Notes under the pieces: model-generated
The model's input: the letters and a program-made list of their open reading frames with translations, nothing else
Databases searched by the model: none
What the model was told of the DNA's origin: nothing
Shown here: piece by piece, positions 44,468-52,662 of the stretch
Numbering within the stretch: position 1 is the first letter of the stretch
Layout of the letters: each line of letters begins with the position of its first letter
Assembly (NCBI GenBank): GCA_022825825.1
Contig: JAJDWA010000037.1
Span: forward strand, 34 to 64,033
DNA from: Candidatus Poribacteria bacterium
GTDB taxonomy: Bacteria > Poribacteria > WGA-4E > WGA-3G
Direction: 5' to 3'
Length of the DNA stretch: 64,000 bases
Position numbers and translations under genes: made by a program

Positions 44468-44583
44468 CTATTATATTGGCTATCAGCATTAGTAGTTGTA
44501 TATCTGTGCGTTATTTGGTCTTGAAATGTTTTTGTGTATAAGTTGTAAAAGTTATGCTAAAAACTATTTGAAATTTTTAGGTA

Positions 44584-45063
44584 CTAACGGCGGTTCTTAA
44601 AAAATGATTTCAACAGTGCACTACTCTCTTCAGCACAGACACCGCGGACCAATTCCACTTGATGATTCAACCTTTCGTCTTGTAAAATATTATAGAGTGT
44701 GCCTGCTGCACCTGCTTTTGGATCAGCAGCAGCATAAACAACCTTTGGAATACGCGCCAGCACTATTGCCCCAGCACACATCGGGCAAGGTTCCAGCGTT
44801 ACATATAAGGTTGTCCCTGTTAAACGCCAGTTGCCGAGTTTTTGCGATGCTTCCTGGACCACCAGCATTTCAGCGTGTGCGATCGGATTGCCAGATTGTT
44901 CCCGCAAGTTATGAGCAGCAGCGATGCAGATATTGTCTTTAACAAGGACCGCACCGACAGGCACTTCTTCTTTTTCAGCTGCTTGCCGTGCTAATTCAAG
45001 AGCCTTCCCCATCCACCAGACATCGTTATCTAAAATTTTCTCAACAGGAGCGGCGTTTGACAC
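44584..45063 (-). CDS. tadA: tRNA-specific adenosine-34 deaminase
   Basis: CDA zinc motifs HAEM and PCPMCAGA. 159 aa. Confidence 0.92.
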   Translation of the reverse strand: MSNAAPVEKILDNDVWWMGKALELARQAAEKEEVPVGAVLVKDNICIAAAHNLREQSGNPIAHAEMLVVQEASQKLGNWRLTGTTLYVTLEPCPMCAGAIVLARIPKVVYAAADPKAGAAGTLYNILQDERLNHQVELVRGVCAEESSALLKSFFKNRR

Positions 45064-45104
45064 TGTTTTTAATCGTAGAGTTTTGTGTGTTCACAAGACT
45101 CGAA

Positions 45105-45178
45105 AGCGCCTGAGAGGATTCGAACCCCCGGCCTTCTGATCCGTAGTCAGATGCTCTAATCCGCTGAGCTACAGGCGC
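45105..45178 (-). tRNA. tRNA-Arg (ACG)
   Basis: 74 nt with acceptor stem GCGCCTG/CAGGCGC and anticodon stem-loop TCTGA-CTACGGA-TCAGA. Confidence 0.88.
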
Positions 45179-45260
45179 GTCCATAATAAAATATAAGTTA
45201 GTTGGTTTTCATTATGTTCAACTTAACCTATATACCGTATAAGTGCTTATAATTCAAAAA

Positions 45261-45345
45261 CGGAGAGGGTGGGATTCGAACCCACGATGGCTTTCGCCAT
45301 AACTGCTTAGCAGGCAGTCCAGTTCAACCACTCCTGCACCTCTCC
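45261..45345 (-). tRNA. tRNA-Ser (GCU)
   Basis: 85 nt with the anticodon stem-loop ACTGC-CTGCTAA-GCAGT and a long variable arm. Confidence 0.9.
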
Positions 45346-45352
45346 ATATTTT

Positions 45353-45440
45353 TGGCGGTGGGAGTAGGATTCGAACCCACGGTGACTTGCGCCACAACGG
45401 TTTTCAAGACCGCCGCTTTCGTCCACTCAGCCATCCCACC
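45353..45440 (-). tRNA. tRNA-Ser (UGA)
   Basis: 88 nt including the encoded CCA. Anticodon loop CTTGAAA. The variable arm GTTGTGGCGCAAGTCACC is identical to that of tRNA-Ser (CGA). Confidence 0.88.
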
Positions 45441-45462
45441 ATTTTAATATTAAGCAATTTTA

Positions 45463-45491
45463 ATTATAACATAAATTAAACCTTATGTCAA
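45463..45491 (-). promoter_or_regulatory. Consensus sigma-70 promoter for the tRNA-Ser/Ser/Arg-tadA cluster
   Basis: The minus strand reads TTGACA, 17 nt, TATAAT. The -10 element ends 22 nt upstream of the first tRNA. Confidence 0.75.
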
Positions 45492-45854
45492 GTGAATTAA
45501 ACAAGGTTGCAGGGTTATTTAGTTTTTGGTTTTTCTGGTGTCCTTTATCACAATATCTTCGCCAATTATCTTGGGTTTAATTCTGGTTACGTGTAGTGAA
45601 TAACACCGATTGATCCCAGATGTTCATTGATTTGCTGGATAACAATAGGTGCAGGTTTTTTCGGAAGTCCTTTTGACGATTTGCTCTATACCCATCGGAT
45701 AAGAACGCCGCTGCTTGATACTCACACGGGACACTGCTAAGAACGACAAGCTGGGGATCGCTTTTCCGTAATAAAAAACTTAAACCCTTATGGCCATTGA
45801 CTTTATAGAAAACAATCGCACTCAATCTTAACATGAGTCAATATAATTTGTCTA

Positions 45855-46730
45855 CTACGCGACCTGTGGCGGTCTCCGTGGTGCATTCGGTTGAATGATT
45901 TTCCGCTGATCAGGTGTCAAACGTGCTAACAACTCATCTGAATGTGGATAGTCAAAACGTTCGCGGACATACTTTGGAGAATAACGGTAGACAATTGACC
46001 GACGATAACCGGGATTTGTCCGCTCTGCTGAACCGTGTGTGATTGCATCAGTAAACATAACCACATCTCCCGCCTTCAGATGTACCTCTTGCGTTGCAAA
46101 GGCTGTCCCTGCAGGTTTACCGCTATAACCGTCGTAAACTATCCCTTTTCCATCGTGTTTCAATCGTGGGTGGATTTCAGTACATTTGTGGCTCCCCGGT
46201 ATCAATACGGGCGCCCCATCTCCCGGCCCGATGTCGTTGAGTGCCATTAGGACATTAATCTGCCCAACCAACCATTCACCGGTATTGATTTGACGGAACG
46301 TCAGATAACTCAGCGGCACATGTCCGCCGCAGTGAATATGGATAAAACCGCCGGGACCGCGAACGTTCAGAAAATTCTCATGGATAGATAGTCCATTTAC
46401 CTCATGGACGTATTTCCGAACCAGATTTATCCACGCTGGATGGTCAATTAACTTTTCAAATACCTCTCCGCCTTCAATAATATTCTGAAAATTGACACCA
46501 TTTTCGATATTATAAGTATGTGTTTCAATGTTGCCAATCCAACGTGGAATCCTTCTATCTCCGGAATTTGGTTCCCAAGGTTCCTCAACATAAGCCCAAT
46601 GCCCGTCAATCCATTCATTGATATGAGCAAGGTCTTCTTCGGAAATAGCATTCTCTAAAATCAGATATCCCTGCAGATCAAAAAGATAATCGAGTTGTTC
46701 CTGTTCCATGTTTGTCTCCTGTGATAACAC
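45855..46730 (-). CDS. Phytanoyl-CoA dioxygenase (PhyH) family Fe(II)/2-oxoglutarate oxygenase
   Basis: The N-terminal YLFDLQGYLILENAISEEDL matches the start of the PhyH family. Candidate metal ligands are HIHCGGH and a distal HGS. Confidence 0.8.
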   Translation of the reverse strand: MLSQETNMEQEQLDYLFDLQGYLILENAISEEDLAHINEWIDGHWAYVEEPWEPNSGDRRIPRWIGNIETHTYNIENGVNFQNIIEGGEVFEKLIDHPAWINLVRKYVHEVNGLSIHENFLNVRGPGGFIHIHCGGHVPLSYLTFRQINTGEWLVGQINVLMALNDIGPGDGAPVLIPGSHKCTEIHPRLKHDGKGIVYDGYSGKPAGTAFATQEVHLKAGDVVMFTDAITHGSAERTNPGYRRSIVYRYSPKYVRERFDYPHSDELLARLTPDQRKIIQPNAPRRPPQVA

Positions 46731-46988
46731 TTGCTAACTGCGATTCCAACCCTATCGTTCTTCTATGCGCACACAAGGGAATAATTATAATGAATTATAA
46801 GCAAGTATTGCGGGGGGTATGGCTATGGACTTCATCTCACAACCATTTTAGGCACACCCCTCAAATAGGTAGTGTGCAAGATATATTTGAGGTCCTATAA
46901 GTTATTGATATTGTTTTTGTAAGTATATCAGATGTTTAATAGAAATTCAATCGTTTTTCGAAATTGGATTAGGGTAGGGAAATTAGAA

Positions 46989-47011
46989 TGAGCAGGCACA
47001 GTGCCTGCTCA
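46989..47011 (-). terminator. Perfect palindromic hairpin just downstream of the sigma-FtsZ-PolIII ORF
   Basis: TGAGCAGGCAC-a-GTGCCTGCTCA, giving about 10-11 bp of stem. It starts 19 nt after the stop codon, and the following minus-strand sequence is U-rich (ATTCTAATTT). Confidence 0.55.
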
Positions 47012-47029
47012 TAAGGTAGGAAAGATGTG

Positions 47030-50000
47030 TTATGCTGTAAGAGCATTAAATGCACCTGAGGCGATAAGATTTTCAATGACTTCCTCATTCATCTCTGTTG
47101 AATCAAAACGATCACGGAAATCTTGAATCGATGTGAATAAACCGTCCTGATTTCTTTTCGCAAGAAGCAAATCTATTACTTCATCACTCACGCCTTTGAG
47201 AGCAACAAAGCCGAAACGAATATCGTTGCCATCTACGATGAAGTGCTTTTCACTCACGTTGATATCAAGCGGTAACAGATTAATTTCTACATCCAAAAAT
47301 TCAGCGAGTCTCACACATTCAAATTGGTAACGCTTGATCTTTTCCTTATCTGCTGACTCTCCAGTCATCAACGCCGCCATAAATTCATGCGGATAATGTG
47401 TTTTAAGATATGCCATCCTGTATGCCAACATAGAATAAGTAACCGAGTGTGATTTGTTAAAAGCATATCTGCCAAACTGTTGAAGCAGGTCAAATACCTC
47501 TTCTGCTTCTTTGGTGGCAATCCCCTTTTCAACCGCACCATTGATAAATTTTAGACGTTGTTCTTTGAGCACATCTACTTTCTTTTTTCCGATTGCAGCG
47601 CGGAGGATATCTGCTTCACCAACCGTGAACCCGGCAACATCGCACGCAATCTGCATCATCTGTTCCTGATAGATACAGACACCGTAAGTGTTTTTAAGGG
47701 CATCCTCAAACGACGCATGCAGATAAGTCACCGATTCTAATCCATTTTTTCGGTTGATAAACTGCTGCATCATACCGCTTTCTAACGGATATGGACGATA
47801 GAGCGCAGGAATTGCTGAAAAATCCTCAAAATTATCCGCTTTGAGCTGTGCAACAACCGTATACATTCCAGCAGAGGTTTCCAGTTGGAATAACCCAGCG
47901 ATCAACCCTCTACTGATGAGTGAATAAGTCTTTTTGTCCTCAAGTGGAATATCTTCAAGGGTAATCTCGCGACCACGGTTTTCCTGAATCATATTGAGAC
48001 AGTCAGCAACCTCTGAAAGACTTCGTACACCAAGCGTATCAAATTTAATGAGGCCGACATCTTCAACCGTTTTTGCTTCAAATTGCGTTGCGACTTGTCC
48101 ATGTCTATCCTTGAAAATTGGAGCGTAATTCGTAAGCGGTCCGTCCGAAATGATAATTGCAGATGCATGACAAGAAACATGCCGTTTCATACCTTCTACT
48201 GCTTTACTAATTTCAATTAACTCTCTATTTTCAGGAAGTTCAGCAAGTTTCTGAAATTCAGGCGCTTGTGCAAGAGCATCATCAAGCGTAATATCCGGCT
48301 GGCTTGGAATTAGTCTTGTCAAGGTATCTATCTTATCAAGAGGAATTTCAAGGGCGCGTCCAACATCTTTGATAGCAGTTTTTGCCCGCAACATAGTAAA
48401 GGTAGCAACTTTACCTACAGAATCATGACCGTATTTTCTCACAAGGTAATCAATCACATCGTCACGTGCATGATCGGCAAAATCGATATCAATATCTGGC
48501 GGATTCATGCTATCAAGATTTAAAAACCTTTCGAATAGGCATCCGTGATCCATCGGATTGAAATTGATCACACCGAGCGCATAAAGCACAAGGCTGCTTG
48601 CAGCAGAACCGCGAGCAGAAAGTAGATAGCCCTGTTGGTTTGCGTAGCCAACGTAATCCGCAACAATTAGGAAATAATTTGCGTATCCAGTTTGTTGGAT
48701 AACGTCCAGTTCATATTCCAATCGCTTATGGATTGGTTCGGAGAGATGTCCCCCATATTTTTCCTGCAAACTATTGTGACACTGTTCTCTTAGAAAACTG
48801 TCATGTGTATGTCCTTCGGGAATCTCAAAAATCGGCGTCACACTTTGGTCGTAGTCCAGTTTTAGATTACACCGATTGGCAATTTCAACTGTATTGATAA
48901 TCGCTTCGGGGGGATAATCCTTGAGTGCTTCACGCATTTCGTCAACATTTTTGAAATAGAATTGATTCTCAAATCGTATTCGTTTGGGGTCGTTGACGGT
49001 TTTCTTTGTCTGGATACAGAGAAGGATGTCGTGCATCCGATGATCGGATTTCCGTAGGTAGTGACAATCGTTTGTGCCGACAATAGGGAGATTGAATTCA
49101 TTTGCGAATTCCATCATCACCGGATATACCGCTAATTCCGCATCAGTGTAGTGGTTTTGAATTTCAACAAAGAGATTGTCTTCTCCCATGATGTCTCTCA
49201 ATTCTAACAAGTTTCGGACTGCTTCCTCTCTTTGGTTAGAACAAATTAGCTTCGGCACTATTCCATTAATGCACCCTGTCAGTGCTATTATGCCACCATG
49301 ATGTTCACGCAACATTTCCATGTTGATGCGTGGTTTTCTATGGAAACCTTGTGTGTATCCGAGTGATGTCAATTCTAAGAGATTATGATATCCTTCAGTG
49401 TTTTCCGCTAACAGTGTGAGATGAGAGGGTGAACATTGAGAATTACCGTCTGATTTTTCTTTTCCCGTTTCGACATATACCTCACATCCGACAATAGGGT
49501 TAACACCTGCTGCTTTAGCAGTATTGTAAAATTCCCATGCCCCGAACATGTTGCCGTGGTCTGTAAGCGCAACAGCAGGAGAACTGTTTTCAATTGCCCA
49601 TTGCACCATATCTGGAATTCGGCACGCACCATCCAGCAAACTGTACTCACTGTGATTGTGTAGATGAACAAATTCTGCACCGTTTGAAGTCGAAATAACA
49701 TTGCTTTGTACAGTAGGTATGTCACGCTCGGTGTCGGAAATAGTCCCACTCTGTCCACTCGATGAATCAATCCCGCTCGCAAGTAAAGTCACTAACACTT
49801 CATCGCTTAATTCCAACTCATCCTTGTAGACTAATCCGAAAATAGGCTGGGCATTCTTACATGTTTCGACAATTACTTTCATGGCTTGATCCAATTCGTG
49901 CATTGTGAAATTTGGTGGAGAAGCGATATTAACAATCATTATGGCGTCACCTGTAATACTGTTTTCTTCAAGTAAAGGCGAAGTAATTGCGTTTTCTGCA

Positions 50001-51322
50001 GCGATCTTTGCACGATTTTCACCTTTTGCTGTTCCTATACCCATTAGGACAGTACCTTGGCCACGCAGCACACTTTGAACATCATCGAAGTCAATATTAA
50101 TTTCCGCAGTTTGGACAAGCATTTCTGCAATGGCATTAACGCCCTGGATCAATATCTCATTGCTTTTTTGAAACGCTTCTTGCATCGGTAACTCTTGGTC
50201 AGCCAATTCCAATATACGCTGGTTCGGCACAACGATAACTGCATCCGACTGAGGTTGTAAACCGCCCTGCAGTTGCTGTAGCCCATATTCAGCTTGTTCA
50301 GTTCGGTGCTCTCCTTCAGAATCAAACGGACGCGATACAAAACATACTGTTAATGCTCCCTGTTCTCGTGCAAGAGATGCAAGTGCTGGAGCAACACCAG
50401 TGCCCGTTCCACCTCCCATACCAGCCATAACGATAACCATCTTGGCATCTGATACAATAGATCGGAGATCATCTATGCTCTCCGCAGCCGCTCTTTTTCC
50501 CAGTTCCAGATTCCCATCCGTACTTTGTCCTTGAACGGCGTTAATGCCTATTTGCACCTGTGTTGCACCGTTGCATGTGTTAAGTGTGTTCTTATCGGTA
50601 TCAACAGCACAGAATTCAAAGTTTGTCAAACCGCCTTCAATCATGCGTTTTATAGCATTGCAACCCGCTCCACCGACACCGATAACCTTCAATTTAGTTC
50701 TTACCGTATCTGATTTTTTCTGTTCAATTGACATAGTTTCCCCCTTTATAGTTTCTAACTCTACCTCAAACTCTTTGCGGAGAAGTTGTCGGACTTCGCT
50801 TAGCTTCGTCTTGACTGTACCGATCGCTAAGTCGAGTTCTTCTGCAATCTCTTTGATATTCCACAATTCGAGATAGTACAATATTGCGACAGACCGCACC
50901 CTTTGTGGCAGGTTATGCACAGCCTCCCTTGCCTCTGATCGAAGCCTTGCATCTTGAAAACGTTGTTCTGCTTCTCTATCAATCTGCAAAGCTAAATCTT
51001 CGTAGCTCAGTATAATTTCACCGTGCCGATGCAAGTTAGAGGCATAGTATCTGTTGCAAGCCGTCCGAGCAATTCGACGCAACCATCCGCCAAAACTTTC
51101 CGCTTTTCGTAACCCGATTATGTTTTCCCAAACAGCCATCCAGATGTCCATAAGAATCTCTTCCGCATCCCGTCTTTGTCTTGAATTTTCGACTACAATG
51201 TTCCAAATTCGAGGACTATAGCGGGACATCAATTCCGCGAATGCTGCTTCATCGCGGCTTTGCACAAGTCGGACTAATTCTACATCTGTTAAATTGTTTG
51301 GGGTGACAAAATTGTAGTGCAT
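47030..51322 (-). CDS. Single ORF fusing an ECF sigma factor, FtsZ, and DNA polymerase III alpha lacking the clamp-binding, OB and tau-binding C-terminus
   Basis: aa 1-190 carry sigma regions 2 and 4. aa 197-520 are FtsZ (VIGVGGAGCNAIKRM, GMGGGTGTGVAPALA, NIDFDDV, GTVLMGIGTAKGENRAKIAAENAITSPLLE). aa 550-1430 are PolIII alpha (HLHNHSEYSLLDG, PPDIDIDF, KFDTLGV, YQEQMMQIA, FNKSHS, HhH). There are no in-frame stops, and I hand-checked the sigma/FtsZ junction. Confidence 0.8.
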   Translation of the reverse strand: MHYNFVTPNNLTDVELVRLVQSRDEAAFAELMSRYSPRIWNIVVENSRQRRDAEEILMDIWMAVWENIIGLRKAESFGGWLRRIARTACNRYYASNLHRHGEIILSYEDLALQIDREAEQRFQDARLRSEAREAVHNLPQRVRSVAILYYLELWNIKEIAEELDLAIGTVKTKLSEVRQLLRKEFEVELETIKGETMSIEQKKSDTVRTKLKVIGVGGAGCNAIKRMIEGGLTNFEFCAVDTDKNTLNTCNGATQVQIGINAVQGQSTDGNLELGKRAAAESIDDLRSIVSDAKMVIVMAGMGGGTGTGVAPALASLAREQGALTVCFVSRPFDSEGEHRTEQAEYGLQQLQGGLQPQSDAVIVVPNQRILELADQELPMQEAFQKSNEILIQGVNAIAEMLVQTAEINIDFDDVQSVLRGQGTVLMGIGTAKGENRAKIAAENAITSPLLEENSITGDAIMIVNIASPPNFTMHELDQAMKVIVETCKNAQPIFGLVYKDELELSDEVLVTLLASGIDSSSGQSGTISDTERDIPTVQSNVISTSNGAEFVHLHNHSEYSLLDGACRIPDMVQWAIENSSPAVALTDHGNMFGAWEFYNTAKAAGVNPIVGCEVYVETGKEKSDGNSQCSPSHLTLLAENTEGYHNLLELTSLGYTQGFHRKPRINMEMLREHHGGIIALTGCINGIVPKLICSNQREEAVRNLLELRDIMGEDNLFVEIQNHYTDAELAVYPVMMEFANEFNLPIVGTNDCHYLRKSDHRMHDILLCIQTKKTVNDPKRIRFENQFYFKNVDEMREALKDYPPEAIINTVEIANRCNLKLDYDQSVTPIFEIPEGHTHDSFLREQCHNSLQEKYGGHLSEPIHKRLEYELDVIQQTGYANYFLIVADYVGYANQQGYLLSARGSAASSLVLYALGVINFNPMDHGCLFERFLNLDSMNPPDIDIDFADHARDDVIDYLVRKYGHDSVGKVATFTMLRAKTAIKDVGRALEIPLDKIDTLTRLIPSQPDITLDDALAQAPEFQKLAELPENRELIEISKAVEGMKRHVSCHASAIIISDGPLTNYAPIFKDRHGQVATQFEAKTVEDVGLIKFDTLGVRSLSEVADCLNMIQENRGREITLEDIPLEDKKTYSLISRGLIAGLFQLETSAGMYTVVAQLKADNFEDFSAIPALYRPYPLESGMMQQFINRKNGLESVTYLHASFEDALKNTYGVCIYQEQMMQIACDVAGFTVGEADILRAAIGKKKVDVLKEQRLKFINGAVEKGIATKEAEEVFDLLQQFGRYAFNKSHSVTYSMLAYRMAYLKTHYPHEFMAALMTGESADKEKIKRYQFECVRLAEFLDVEINLLPLDINVSEKHFIVDGNDIRFGFVALKGVSDEVIDLLLAKRNQDGLFTSIQDFRDRFDSTEMNEEVIENLIASGAFNALTA

Positions 51323-51456
51323 AAGTAGATTCCCAAATAGATTTGCTTATAAAGAGGGGAAATTTTTGGGAAACGGTTTAAAAAATATAGAAAAATTGTA
51401 GTTGAGGAATTTATTAAAGTGTTGGTGTCTGGAAAACTAATTGAAGGAAATAGAAA

Positions 51457-52566
51457 TTATTTTCTCGATGCCATGTCAAAACCAACGGCTGCAACAAGGA
51501 CAACCCCTTTGATAATATCTTGCCCCGCAGTGCCCATGTTTGCCAATTCCATTCCATTGCTAAGGCTTGCCATGACGAACGCGCCTAAGATAGCACCAAA
51601 AATGGTGCCGCGTCCGCCCATTAAGCTAGCACCGCCAATTACACATGCTGCAATCGCATCCAACTCAAGCAACTTCCCTGCCCCCGGTCGGGCACTACCG
51701 AGGCGAGCTGTCATGACAATTCCTGCGATCGCCATTAATGCACCCATTATTGCAAACACCCGTAATGTGATGCTCCGCACGTTAATCCCGGAGAGATAGG
51801 CTGCTTCAGCATTGCCGCCAACAGCATAAACATATCTACCAAAACGGGTGTGATTTGCTATGAAGTGGAACACGAATGCCAACCCGAACAAAATGCAGGC
51901 TGAAAATGGAATCCCTTTATAAGCATTCATCACAGCAACAAATGCAATAATACAACCCCACGTGCCAATTATCTTTAAAATTGTGGGTAAATATGCTCTT
52001 TCAGTGCGCGTCGACTGCGAAGTTGAGAGTTGTCGGAAAAATACATATCCACTTACCCCAAGTCCAATTAGCATTATAGTCCATCCAATAGAACGTGGAA
52101 GATAGGCGTTGCCAATAGCTTTTAGCCAATTATCATGTAAAAGAATAGTTTTGCCTTTTGTGAATGCTAACATCAAGCCACGATACGCCAAAAACCCACC
52201 GAGAGTCACAATAAATGCTGGAATACGTTGATACGCGACGAGATAGCCCTGTATTAATCCAATTAAAATCCCGATACAAATAACAATGAAGAGTGTTGAG
52301 ATAATTGGTAGTTTCCACCAGACGTGTAAAATCGCAGTGATTGCACCGAGCAAGCCAGCACCGAAACCAACAGATAGATCAATGTTAGCAGAGACGATAA
52401 CTAACGTCATACCGATGGCAAGAATCGCGGTTCCTACTGTTCTCCGGGAGAGGTTGGATAGGTTTCGTGTGCTGAGGAAGGTGCCACCTGTTAGCCAAGT
52501 GAAGATAAGCCAGATAAAGACGAGGGCAACTACCATCGCATACATGCGAAGATTCAGATGCTTCAT
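51457..52566 (-). CDS. Sugar ABC transporter permease (RbsC/XylH family)
   Basis: Motifs NIDLSVGFGAG and GGASLMGGRGTIFGAILGAF, with about 10 TM segments. Confidence 0.88.
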   Translation of the reverse strand: MKHLNLRMYAMVVALVFIWLIFTWLTGGTFLSTRNLSNLSRRTVGTAILAIGMTLVIVSANIDLSVGFGAGLLGAITAILHVWWKLPIISTLFIVICIGILIGLIQGYLVAYQRIPAFIVTLGGFLAYRGLMLAFTKGKTILLHDNWLKAIGNAYLPRSIGWTIMLIGLGVSGYVFFRQLSTSQSTRTERAYLPTILKIIGTWGCIIAFVAVMNAYKGIPFSACILFGLAFVFHFIANHTRFGRYVYAVGGNAEAAYLSGINVRSITLRVFAIMGALMAIAGIVMTARLGSARPGAGKLLELDAIAACVIGGASLMGGRGTIFGAILGAFVMASLSNGMELANMGTAGQDIIKGVVLVAAVGFDMASRK

Positions 52567-52620
52567 GCCTGATGTTTGTCCTTCTGTTATAGTAAACCAA
52601 TAATAATTGATATACTACGG

Positions 52621-52646
52621 TAGGTTCGGTTTCCTAACCGAACCTA
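52621..52646. repeat. Hairpin repeat, core GGTTTCCTAACC
   Basis: TAG-GTTC-GGTTTCCTAACC-GAAC-CTA, an 11-bp stem with a 4-nt loop. Confidence 0.7.
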
Positions 52647-52662
52647 TGCTTATTCGGTCTCA

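Noticed and set aside
44042-44524. ORFs 44042-44233 (minus) and 44336-44524 (plus).
   Set aside because: They run through tRNA genes. The translations contain the T-arm-derived strings and have no protein signatures.
45577-45834. 85-aa minus-strand ORF between the tRNA cluster and the PhyH gene.
   Set aside because: No Shine-Dalgarno sequence and no recognisable domain, with an odd composition. It might be a small toxin-like protein, but I cannot support that.
47030-51322. Interpretation of the 1430-aa ORF as three adjacent genes mis-merged by the ORF caller.
   Set aside because: An ORF track cannot read through stop codons, and hand translation of the sigma/FtsZ junction confirms an open frame. 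The FtsZ/PolIII junction has no candidate start codon. Sequencing or assembly error remains the only trivial explanation and is listed as the key check.
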